Shown here in pieces: positions 52,219-63,397 of a stretch of DNA of 64,000 nt. The DNA comes from Balanoglossus misakiensis. Taxonomy: Eukaryota; Animalia; Hemichordata. The translations under genes were made by a program, and so were the position numbers. The number at the start of each line of letters is the position of its first letter. The first letter of the stretch is position 1. Under the pieces are notes generated by a model. The model did not search any database and was not told the DNA's origin. It saw only the letters and a program-made list of their open reading frames with translations. The DNA is taken from positions 11,201,995 through 11,265,994 of the forward strand of contig CM082585.2 of assembly GCA_040954595.2 (NCBI GenBank). The letters run 5' to 3'.

Positions 52219-52866
52219 TATCAGTCGGGTATTTTCTGCGTTTGGACTTTTGTAGTGATTCATAGGGACTGTTGGCCGCCATGTGTATGTTTGTTTGGTG
52301 TTTGTGTGGGCGAGGTCGTTTACGTATACGTATGAGGTCATTCATCGACCCGAATAGATCCAGGGGCAGTCCGGGCGAGGTGAATCATTGGCGATAATTA
52401 AGCCTACTCTAATCGGGAAAACCGGGAACAAAACAACAACCAAACCACGGTCACTATAGAGACCGTGACCAAACCTAACACTTGTAATACATTTGGAATT
52501 TCAGGAGGGTATTTGTGGGAAAGTGGTGGTGTAGGGAAATTCTCACTAGAAATGAAATCATCGTGCGGCCAGTTTCAGCCTTCGAGATTCTGTCATGAAA
52601 CACGTGAAAGTTCCATGGACCCCACTCCGCTATGGGCCCGACACGATGTCTAGAGCTGATAGCCATTTTCTCTGTCATAAATTCCATACTTCGCATCATC
52701 AGATCGATATTTCGGGTAGCGGGGCTTTTCTTGTGAATCATGGGGGCTGTTGGCGGCCATGCGTGTGTTTGTTTGGTTTTTGTGTACTGAAGAGTGAGGT
52801 CATCTATCGAATACATGGCCAGGGGGGAGTCCTGTCGGTCGGCACTGAATTGATCGAGTCATTGGC
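52219..52866 (-). repeat. Diverged direct repeat of about 170 bp (52219-52392 and 52696-52866), each copy carrying the start of a short MAANSP ORF
   Basis: Shared blocks ctgttggc(c/g)gccatg(t/c)gt(a/g)tgtttgtttggt, gaggtc and tcattggc. Minus-strand ORFs 52181-52282 (33 aa) and 52650-52760 (36 aa). Confidence 0.75.
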
Positions 52867-53576
52867 TCAATTCTACTTGGAAATCCCAAGCAAATTCACC
52901 GACATAAAATTAGATTTCCCCCATTTTTGTAGGAAAGTTACAAGCGACACTTAAAACGATCACACAACCAGCACCCACAAGACCTACACTAGATTGTACA
53001 TGGCAGCATGGAACTCGGTAAATTTCGACACTTTCTGGGCCAGTGAGAAGTCTCCCCTCCTAGTCTACGTAAAGGCTATGACACATATCGCATTTTCGAC
53101 GACATGGGCCTGTATTACGGGTCTATGTGTCCAGGAGCGCTGTCCTGAACAGCCGCGGAATCATGAAAGGTCACGATACTGATTAATATTAATAAGCCCT
53201 GATTAATATTCATGAGCTGGAACTGAATAGAGCAGGTGGCATGCGCAAGACAACTCATGCGCCATAAAGTAACACAAGTCTTATAACAAGTTATAAATCT
53301 TTGTTTATTCAGTACTCTGTATCTGGTAAATTAAAATCGTGTTTCTTAGAAAATTGGGGAAAATGTCAACGCGTCTGTATATCGTTGTGCACCAAAACTG
53401 ACACATTTTTCTTCGGAGAAATGTTTCTGGTGTGAAGTGGACATTTTCTTGTAAATGCGGCTCTCTGTCTCTGCGTGCTTGCAATGACACAGTACAGTTT
53501 GCATTCGTTGATTTTTGACAGCATAGTGTATCTTCAGGTTGACCACAAACCATCTTCCCAACTCCCCTGTAGATCT

Positions 53577-54120
53577 TCAGTTTGATTTCGACTCTTTCTT
53601 TGCTCGCTCTTCAGCTGTCAAGTAAAAAAGGTAGGAGGAATGAGTGTGGTGGAAAGAACTGACCAATGGAAAGTGGTGATATAATATCGATATTAAAGTA
53701 AGATAATGCAACTAATAAGGAAACGTGCGTGTTTCGTTGTCTCTTTGACTTTCTCGTATCTCGTCGAAAATTATCGTCACTTTTTAAAAAGATATCATGT
53801 TCGGAAATACTCCATATGCGCATCATGTATACACCCTGGAGTCTATGCAGTTATACCATTTAACATTTAATGTTTTGCGCTACCAATGTTTGATTGTAAT
53901 GTTTATCAAAAAAGCACGAATAGGCGAATAAACCAAAGTTTAACCTCGTCAACTTACCTTCACGAATTTCTTTCTCAACTTCTGGATTGTTGATTGGGTT
54001 TCTGGCACGAACTTCTACCCGCCTGATTCCAGAACCTACTTCGGCTGCAGTCTCGCAAAGTTTGGCAGTGGTTGTTGTCGTTTTCGCTTTACTGCCTGTG
54101 TTGTTTCCGCGGCCCGCCAT
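53577..54120 (-). CDS. Two-exon 66-aa microprotein of unknown function
   Basis: AAAATGGCGG start context. Exon 53958-54120 ends G|GTAAGT. The intron ends CTCATTCCTCCTACCTTTTTTACTTGACAG. Exon 53577-53614 completes MAGRGNNTGSKAKTTTTTAKLCETAAEVGSGIRRVEVRARNPINNPEVEKEIREAEERAKKESKSN*. AATAAA at 53304-53309. Confidence 0.62.
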
Positions 54121-54304
54121 TTTGATTTGTATTAACACTGTCGGTGTCTAATTGCCAGACGTTGAGAGGTATTGAAGTCAGTGTCGTTCAGTGTACGATG
54201 TCTGTAGACCAATAACTCGACCTGTGGTGTATCTCTCGCAAATGAAACGCTCTTGGGTGATTTCGACGCGTATCCGACGACTTCCAAAGCTGTTCTGATG
54301 AAAC

Positions 54305-54595
54305 GGGGGAAATTGCGAAAAGTAGTGCCGACGTGCTGGTTGTGTCACGGGAAATTTCCGATCGCGTAAATTCCCCTTACGACAACCGACTCTATCATGA
54401 CTCACAAGTCCAATTTTGTCACCAAGCTCAGGAAAATTTTCCTCTGGATTTCCCCCAAACAGTAATCCTGACAATTTGGGAAATTACGCGCCGACGTGGC
54501 ATACGAAGAAAAAATATATTTTTATCTCAAACAAAGGCTTTTCATCATCCTTTGTACAGCGTGGTGGACTCGTGATCGGTTTGCGGCAACCAATC
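54305..54595. promoter_or_regulatory. Cluster of NF-kB/Rel-type sites plus CCAAT box in a divergent promoter
   Basis: GGGAAATTTCC 54349-54359; GGGGAATTTA (rev) 54367-54376; palindrome GGAAAATTTTCC 54431-54442; GGGGAAATCC (rev) 54446-54455; GGGAAATTAC 54478-54487; weak GGGGAAATTG near 54306; CCAAT near 54590. Confidence 0.65.
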
Positions 54596-55085
54596 GCCGC
54601 TTGGTTAAGACGACTAAAAATTGCGAACGGGTAAGAGTCGTTATGTAGCGGATGAGGCCTACTGCAAAGCATACGACCAAACAAGATGGATTTGTTTCAA
54701 AATAGTTGCAGTGGGCCCGTTGAAAAGTTTTAGGACAAAATCTTTGGATTCTAGGAGATTTTTTCCTTTACTCGTTTGAAGTTAAGACTTGATACCGTCA
54801 ACTCGTTTTTAATCGCTGTCGCATCCATGTTTACCAAATCATATGGACACCTCCCTATGATCTAATGCTATCGACCGACCTTACTCATCACTCATTGTTG
54901 AATCCTTCCAGAAAAAACAACCTCACCGAAAGTATAGATTTTGTATTTTAGAATTCCCCCTCAACGAATTTCGACAGCAATGCTTATTTGCTGAACTCTT
55001 AGATAAAAATTTGCGCGGAAGGATTTCATGAAATCGACGACAAAATTCTCCGATTATTGCGAAATCTGGTGTTATTCGAATTTAC

Positions 55086-57019
55086 ATGTCCGACTATTTG
55101 CGAGTTAAGGATGCCTATGCATATGCGGTGAACATGTACTGGGGAGATTGCAGTCATCCTGTACGGGTTTTTCTTAGTGTTGTACCTTACGAAGAAAAAT
55201 GGACTCCCTATGCACCGACCTGAAAGTATACATCAAGCGGAGGAATAACATTTAACAACGGTAAGAGAACCCCCATCCCTCTATATAAAGTCGGCTAAAT
55301 ATTTTTGACTATACATACGACTACAGCTCGAACAATTTCAAGCGTTTCTCGGACTTAGACGCAGCACAAAAATGGCTAACAGAGGATATGAACAACAACA
55401 TCGTGAGCTGTCGTGTATTTCTTACAAGCTTTAATGAATGTGATGTTACAATTTTGTTTGTATCCGACGAGGGTAATTTCAGTGACTATGCCTTCGCGTG
55501 TAATTGTATTTTGTTTTTTGTTTTTCACAGATGCTCCGTATTTCATAGAGGAACTTCGAAATACGACAATCCCGTACAACGGTTCGGTAGCTGTGAGATT
55601 TGGAGGTAGTCCCCACCCTGACGTGGAGTGGAGCGGTCCGAGTGGATATCAGCAATCAAACAGCAATGGCTACTTTACCATCGCAGGTATAACGCATTCT
55701 GGCACATACAAAATCACACTCAGAAACTATTTGTCAACGAGCCCAAAAGTTTCGTCATGCTATTTACGTGTGCAGGTAAGAGTATTTTCTTTTTATTAAT
55801 CTGGTAATGGCATAATTTACATTTTAAGCGAGTTTGGGTGCTTTTATTTTGATGCATGGCTGTGTTAGTTACAATATATGTTACAATATATGTGTGTAAG
55901 CAATACTCTCGATGTTGATTTCAATGTTACAGTGAAGATTAATGACAGATTTGGGACATATAGACAATTTCCCAAACTCTACGAAACCCTACGAGATCTC
56001 GAGTGGCTTGGCAATTTTATTTGGGAGGACGTTTTTATTTGACGTAGGACAAACATCACATGGCCCATCCTGTTAACGGCACATAAGTAATACAATTTTG
56101 TTCAACTCTGCACCTATTCTATTGTCAAAACTTGTATTACTTAGCAAGCAATCCCATGCTACAGTAATTACTCAAGTCTCGCGAGATCTCGTTGCACAGA
56201 CCTGTATTTAACATTATTAAAAAAAATGATTGGCCACTAACACTTATGTTAAATTACGTTGCAGTCATGGTGATCATCCCATAAACGATAGCACGAGCAA
56301 AAGAGACGCACTGGGGAAAATATAATGCTTAGAAAATAACAACTGTAGTGTACCGGAATCCATTGTACGAAATCATGTAGCAAGAAGTTGGCGTGCATAA
56401 TCACTGGGCCAAACCTTCACCTCTAAAAGGCTCTTTTACTAGCACAAGCTGAAGCATGGTTATTCTGCCTAACTTTTTATTAGTTATTTGAAACTTTCTG
56501 TAAACTTTTCTTACAATACCCGTTCGTTTTTCTTGGGTTTTAACATTCAAATGTTTTGAGACGAACATGGTTAAATGCACTTAAACCACGGAAAGGAAAT
56601 GAAATCATGCTTTCCAACAACACAACTTTCAAAGTTCTTTGCCACAAAAAGACAGATTTATAAGCTCCTGTTTTTAGAAATCCTAAAAGTTCTAAGAGTG
56701 AAAAACCCATGAAACGAGCGGATGTTTTGACTTTTGAATTAAAAATGTAACTTTCACATGAAATCTTTGCTTTTACTGTGAACTTTCCGATTTCACTTTT
56801 TCCTGTTAACACTTTAACTTTCTTAGTTTTCAATGATGTTCTTTTTACTTCTCTACTCTGCTGTACACTAGAAAGTGGCTGCTTTTCCCAAAGGCTATAC
56901 CACCTGTTTAATGATTATAAAATGGACATTAGGGGATGACAAGTCCTTCGTTATGTGCTTGAATACATATCTTAAATTTTCCACTGCAGGAAAATGATGA
57001 TGGGTGCACAATTTTATGA
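55086..57019 (+). pseudogene. Ig-like (I-set-like) domain gene ending in a CaaX box; the upstream exon has an in-frame TGA (pseudogene, null allele or mis-modelled 5' end)
   Basis: Exon 55531-55775 encodes APYFIEELRNTTIP...VRFGGSPHPDVEWS...FTIAGITHSGTYKITLRN...CYLRVQ and splices in phase 0 to 56990-57019 (ENDDGCTIL*). The upstream exon ending at 55260 (G|GTAAGA) has ATG 55086 in frame but TGA at 55221. AATAAA near 57494. Confidence 0.5.
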
Positions 57020-60000
57020 TGAGGAGGTCGTCATGTCAACGAAGACACATCCTTAGAGCACCATGATTTGGATCTGATGATTTCCCATTTGAACAATCCA
57101 GATATGATAGCGTGATACTCAATGATTATATTAGAACTGTTAAGTTTTGTCCGAGTAAATCTACTGTAATACCCACGTCACATGATCAAAACTACCCGTC
57201 AAGTCTATTGTTTTACAAAAATATTGTTTGTTAGTGTTTCTCATATAGTATTTAGAACACCACATCTATTTCATCCCAATACTTTAGAACATCGTATGTT
57301 ATTTCGAAGAACTAGTTAATGTTGTTTTTATAATCAGAACAGTATTTGCATTTAGACTTACTTTGTTAGTTATATCTTGGACGATTTCCACTGCTTGTGG
57401 TCCTGAGAAGCAACTTCCTCTCGATTGTGTTGGTTCTTTCACCTCCATAGCTAAACCTTTAAAACTGTACAAGAAAACGAAAGTGTTGAATGTAATAAAA
57501 CGGATTCTTTTTTTGATTTATCTTTTATCTGTAGGCTGATTCTTAATACTTGAAGTTATATTAGTCGTTCTAATGCAATAAATCGTCTTTGAATCAATAT
57601 ACGAGTTGTAATTATCAATGACTGTGTATAATTGGCCACTTTTATGACACCTGCATGACCTTACATCATGGTACCCGTGATGCATATTAACAATTCCACA
57701 TTTCGTTGCATGAGAATGAATCTACAAGAATGGCAATTCACTGTACCAGGCAGATGCCGGATTCATGCCGACAGAAATGCCTGAACGTAAAGCCTTGTAG
57801 GGGTAATGAAAGTGGCATATGAAACTTGCTGTTGAGGAAAATTGTAAAGAGGCTGGCAACAGACCACCTTTGGTCGATATATGCGATTAACTACGACATC
57901 GATTATTTCCCTTCATGTTCTAGGAGGAGCCAAAGAAGACTGGAAAATTCCGTGCTTGTTGTTGCTGTCTCTGCATAAGGTCCTCCAAGAACAATATCGT
58001 TTAAAAGGATGTACAATAACTGGGGACTGGTTTCGTTCAAATCTACTTTATTAATTGCCAGAGGGTCGTTTTATTGTGAATGTTATACACATACAAAGGA
58101 TGGCAACTTTGACTTTTGTCTGGTATTTTTTATTTTAACTCGACGTCGAAAGATATGTACCAAGGCAATGTATTCAACGCTTTACGAATATATACTCAAC
58201 TTTTAATAGGTGTTCTAACAAAGTACCGAGGAACAAGGCGTTCAAATACAGGTCCATCAGATAACATCGGTTCGCTGCTGCACGGCATGGATAGCACGAC
58301 CATAATTCCGAAGTTCCGTTCGTCGTGATGACCATCTTTCTTTTGCTTGTATCCCCATGTCTTCATAGTTTATCATAATCAGCTGTCGATGAACAGGTTT
58401 TCTGTGTTCGATGTATATAAAACTTATTCAGAATAATGCAATCTGTCTTGAGTAGTGAATATGCAGAATAAATCTGGAGTGCACTTATTATTAAAACCAC
58501 ATCCGTCCCACACCTTTCTGGAAACGGCAGAACATAGCATGGGTGCCCGCAGAATCCAGAATCGTGTGACTTGATTACCTTACAAGACGTCCGCACAAAC
58601 TGTTCATCACATGATTGTAGTTGCCTTCTAAACGTTCGATTCGGGAAGTTTCCCATCATCGTCCCGGCCAACCACCAGTCGTAGATCAAGGTCAAAATAC
58701 GTTGACCCGCTTGGAATAACAAAACATTCTGAAACGAAATAATGCAGTACATAGATAACTTCAATACCTTAGGCTAACCGTCAGTACCCACGGATTCTAC
58801 CCTTCAGTCCGGAGAATTTTACAAGGCTGCACCTAACGAATATTCTGGGGGAGGTGCTCTTTTTGTATGTATATTTTGGTAACTTTATCTCTTTGTGTAG
58901 GCGTTAAAACTCCTACAGATGCATGATTGAAAATCTCAACTCACCCCAAAACAAGACCATGAAGATATAGTGCTATTATCATCAGCACCAGGTTGAGATT
59001 GCACTTTTCAAATGTTAAAAACAGAATCTAATGTGTCCCAATATGATTATGCGTACATGAATTCTAAAATTTAGGGGTCTATCGCTCATAGTGCTCTTAG
59101 AAAGGTTGATGAATCCATTCTTACGTATAGTGTAAAGTCATAATCAACGCGCAGACATGTATTTCATATTGGATATTCTGTAATCACAATCCGAAACACA
59201 CTTTAGTGGGCTTTGTTTATATGGAAGTGTTTGTTTGAGGTTCCTTTTCTCACGAAAGGTTATTATAGGTGAGCAGGTCATCCTGTCAGGTCAGGTGAGT
59301 GATTGTATTATGCATGGTTTATTTGAAACGCTGGGTTGTTTCTGTGGGGAAAGAGTTATCGAGCTTAATGTGTTGCGCACAATTTCAGCCCATTCCACGT
59401 CAGTCGGTCGAAAAATGCGTAATACTTGGGGTTCTGAGTGGCGCACAGTCGCGTGGAGACGCCGTGCGTAGCCAAATTTTCTCTCGGGGTATTTCTATTT
59501 TCCTTTCTCCTCTCTCTGCGACTGAACGTAAAAGGTCAACAGCAATAAATGGCTTGTCCATCTGGTTGAATTTTGTGGTGTAAAATTTGCGAGACAGGGC
59601 TTTTCAGAAAGAAGGGGCGGGGCACTGCACGAATATGGTTCATGATGATGTCATACCAACCAAACACATGGATGTAAGGTCACTCAGGGGTCAAGTCGCC
59701 TTTAGCTTTCTGGCCTATGGGGTGTGACACAGGTAAAAGGATACCCGCAGCCTAATAACTGTTTAATGTTTTAATCTGCAAACAGAAAGCTTTATAATCA
59801 ACAGTAAACATTGAAAAATTGCAAACTTTAAAATCTGAACATATGAAACTTGCAGCATTTTCAACAAACCCACTATCATAATTCATGTGGCTACGCAATA
59901 TTGTCAGATGAAGAACACAGGATGTTTTGTTTCATACAAAATATAAACAATCAGTTCCTATAATAAAACATAAAATAATAAGGAGTTTGATAAAGAGAAA

Positions 60001-61780
60001 ATATTTGTTAATGACAGTGTTTACATTGTAATTCTGACATTCATAAACATGTGCAGAAATACATCAAAAAGTAGTGGCTGTTTATGCCATGAGAAATCTA
60101 GAAGGATTTAAATTTAAACGGTTAAATTCTGTTCATTTGAAATAAAGTATTACGGTACTTTTCATGTGCAACACAAAAAATATAACATTGCATGTGCGTT
60201 AAAGATAAAATGAGGACAGAGGTCCTTTAAAAAATTCTGTATTAAATGAAATTAGACATGCAGTTGAACTTTCCCAAAGCAAATACAAAGATCTTTGGGA
60301 GATTCGACCAAATAATGCAATACATAGTATTACAAGTACTATACCTAATACATCGACCATGAATATACAAATCAACTCATAAAGCTATTGTGCATACACC
60401 CTGATGTATTTGCATATTTTGTAAATTAATTTATCTCATTTTCCCCACTGGGTTAGATGGTCCTATACATGGAAACTTTTGGATGAGAGTCGAGGAGGCT
60501 ATCCCCTTTTGGAATTTTGATGAACATTTTATCATTCTATGTGAGAAGGTGTTCACGTCAATCTGCTGACAAGGAAAACATGTCAACCATCTCAGCACCA
60601 CTGAAGTTTCAAGCTTGTATTCATAACAGGAAATAACATAATTACAATTCTTCAGGTATGTATTTACATGTTGTATTATAATGAGGGGACAACAGTGCTG
60701 AGATGACCAACGCACCAGCATGTTTAACCCTTTCAACACCATGGTTCAGTCCCAACCCACTATTTTCTATGGTTAGGTTGGACCTCTATAAGAGGGAACT
60801 GGGGGTGAAAGGGTTAAAAGACAAAATGGCATGAAAAGTAAATTAATGTGAAACTGACTCGGTTGCAAATTCCCTAGAAATTGCAAACAAGTCACCAGTG
60901 GTTACAAATCCGTGAAAATTACCAAAGATCACATCTTTCAACATCAATGCTTCATGCCAACACCCTAGCTCTATGTAGATCCAAATAACAAGAAATTACA
61001 ATACATTTGAATGAAATGTTTGTACAAGTGAAAAGTGTCACATAAAGAACTCATGTTATTGCTCTGTTAATCAACTCAAGGTTTCTTTACTGCTAGGAAA
61101 ATACCAGCTGTAGTAATTACGCAAACGAAACAAACTTACAACCACTAAAAAGTACCGTTACTTAAAGAACCAAGCTATAGCAGAGTTCTTAAGTGTGGCA
61201 TCTGGATGTTAAATTGTGTTATATAGCGCCTTTGAGTCCACGAGTGTGTGGGATTCATTCGATCCCACACAGACAATCCCACACTACCAGCAGTCAAGAG
61301 TATGTCAAATACATGTTATCTACATGTACTAGTATTCTACAATTCTCAAAAATATCAGATGTACATATACTCATGTAGAGGAAATCTGAATAGTATCAAG
61401 ATCGTTTAAAAATCTATATAATATTCTCATCACATGGACTGAGATCGCTTCTAGTCTAACTTGTGCAGTCGAGTTCTTTTCATTCTCGATAATCCCAGCA
61501 AACACGGGATATTGCAAAGTCTCACAGTACAAAGCCTGTTTTTTTTATATAATCTTACATCTCTAAAAATACAAAACTAGGTAATTGATGCAAGCAAATG
61601 GCTGCAACATGACAAACAATGATAAAATAAACACTGACGATGAAAATCAGTGCAACAGTAAAATGTTCAACTTCTTATTTAGCTTTAAAAGTGGAATTCT
61701 CAGTGTGCGTGCGGTGAACCCTGTAAATTCACAATTCTCAAAGTCTAGATGTTGCTCTGTATATGTGTTCTTGATTTGAA

Positions 61781-62716
61781 TCACCATGACAGAGAATCAT
61801 TGTCCTCGTCTCGTCTCAGACTCAGTCTTTTGACAGTTTCATAACACAGCAACATAATCACTGAGCCCTGAGTTTGTAGCAGTGTCCGTGCAAACATGCC
61901 GCGGGTGAAACCGCCGATTCCCTCCGTGAAGATAATATCTTTGAACGCAGACCGGATGTTGGGGCTCTGGTGGAGCTGTACTCGCACGCGAACCAAATCC
62001 ATGGGATGAGAAAATGGAACAGAGCTCATGGCTGCTAGAGGCCCAGCACATGCTTGAAGCGCGAGCAGGGGTACGGTTGGTGGGGCCAACTTCACAAAGA
62101 TGTCCGTATACAAACTGTAGAATCCCCAGAGACACGCACTGTGAGGTACAAATGTCAGAATTGAAGCCAGAAACCCGCTGTAAAAAGCCGCGGTTCCGCC
62201 ATTATTTCTGTAAATGATCCTACAAAGAGTTGGCAAAGTCCTGACTTCTTCCATCAACGGGCTTTCAACTAGTTTTGCAGCCGTCCGATTCACCATCATG
62301 TACTGAGACACTACGTCTATTGGTACACCGACTAACTGACAGGTCAGGGCAGCAAGACTTCCTGACAACATTGACAGCGAGAAGTCGTTCATGTCTGCAC
62401 ACCGACGGCTGATGATTTTCCGCGTGTATGTGTATGTTGTGATGTATATCAGGGTTGTTCCAAGGTGTAAACATTGCACTGAAAAGCCTCTGTAGACTGC
62501 GGAGAAACCTTCTTGTCTGACGACTTGTAAAAAACAGTCGATCGTTCCCCTGTACTGTGGTACGCTGTGTTTGTCCATCAGACGTGTTTTGATGAGGTTG
62601 TACGGATGCAATGACGCTCGCATGGCGAGCTGAAACATACCATAGTACGGCAGGAACTTTCGTTTGTCCATGTCGTCCCACTCGATTTTGTCTTGTTTTC
62701 GCCTCAAAGATGCCAT
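61781..62716 (-). CDS. SLC25A44: Mitochondrial carrier SLC25A44-like, intronless CDS
   Basis: IEWDDMDKRKF N-terminus matches the SLC25A44 IEWxxLDKxKF pattern. Three carrier repeats (PYNLIKTRL, PIDVVSQY, PMDLVRVRVQ). First ATG is 62716 (AAGATGG); the track ORF begins at a GTG at 62752. Confidence 0.9.
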   Translation of the reverse strand: MASLRRKQDKIEWDDMDKRKFLPYYGMFQLAMRASLHPYNLIKTRLMDKHSVPQYRGTIDCFLQVVRQEGFSAVYRGFSVQCLHLGTTLIYITTYTYTRKIISRRCADMNDFSLSMLSGSLAALTCQLVGVPIDVVSQYMMVNRTAAKLVESPLMEEVRTLPTLCRIIYRNNGGTAAFYSGFLASILTFVPHSACLWGFYSLYTDIFVKLAPPTVPLLALQACAGPLAAMSSVPFSHPMDLVRVRVQLHQSPNIRSAFKDIIFTEGIGGFTRGMFARTLLQTQGSVIMLLCYETVKRLSLRRDEDNDSLSW

Positions 62717-62819
62717 CTTTGACGAGCATTGTATCACCTGAATATTCTTCACTAGTATTTCAGACGGATCTGTCTCATAATTAACCCGTTTTGTAAAGTT
62801 TTATCAAAGCTTGCACAGT

Positions 62820-62900
62820 TGCGTGATGACCGGCGCCGCCATTTTGAAAGTGTGATTGCGCATGCTTGAATCCTGAAGGTCAGAGAAGGTCAGCGTAGGT
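62820..62900. promoter_or_regulatory. Bidirectional promoter between SLC25A44 and the GT77-like gene
   Basis: YY1 consensus CGCCGCCATTTTG near 62834, NRF1-like TGCGCATG near 62857, and spaced AGGTCA half-sites near 62877-62892. The start codons are under 700 bp apart, head to head. Confidence 0.55.
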
Positions 62901-63397
62901 TAAAACTGCAAACTTTTATAATGACAATGACGATATAACTATTTTAAAAGCGGGCCAGAAAATTATAAGAAATAAATTAAGAGGCGGTCCAGTATATGCC
63001 AGAGGAACTGTAAACCCGTATTCCAAATTATTGACGGGGTGATGATGTTTTCTTTGTATAGGCCGTGGACAGTTATGGATGTAGAGTTTGTGTTTCGTAG
63101 TTTGACCTGTCAAGGGTTGGACATCGTCGAAACACGAGGAGGGCCGACTGTCCCATACCTCGCCCCTACCCCATCCCCACCCACGGAACTGCACTCCCCG
63201 TGTATATTTTCATTCTTCGCGAGAGGGCGCTCATCATGAGGAGGCCCTGACTGGCAAGGCATTGCAAGCTGTTCCCACCAGCGTCACAAATCCCACTCGT
63301 GACGGGTCGTGTTTTTCCCAATGAGGGCGATTACTGTCAGGAACATATTTTACATGCATATGCCTATCGGATTTGTTATGTTATATAGCTTAAGACC

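Noticed and set aside
57020-57130. Possible SECIS element that would recode the TGA at 55221 as selenocysteine
   Set aside because: An ATGA...GA hairpin-like stretch exists near 57063-57107, but it lacks the apical AA at the expected spacing. Not supported without a SECISearch run.
57660-58764. Minus-strand stretch that looks like decayed coding sequence (LIYDWWLAG, MKTWGYKQK, AYIDQRWSV fragments)
   Set aside because: Broken across frames and not assignable to a family by eye. BLASTx would be needed to call a pseudogene.
62717-62752. N-terminal extension of SLC25A44 from the GTG at 62752 (NIQVI resembles human NIQII)
   Set aside because: Non-ATG start, and the spacing to the IEW motif does not match. 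The ATG at 62716 has good context.
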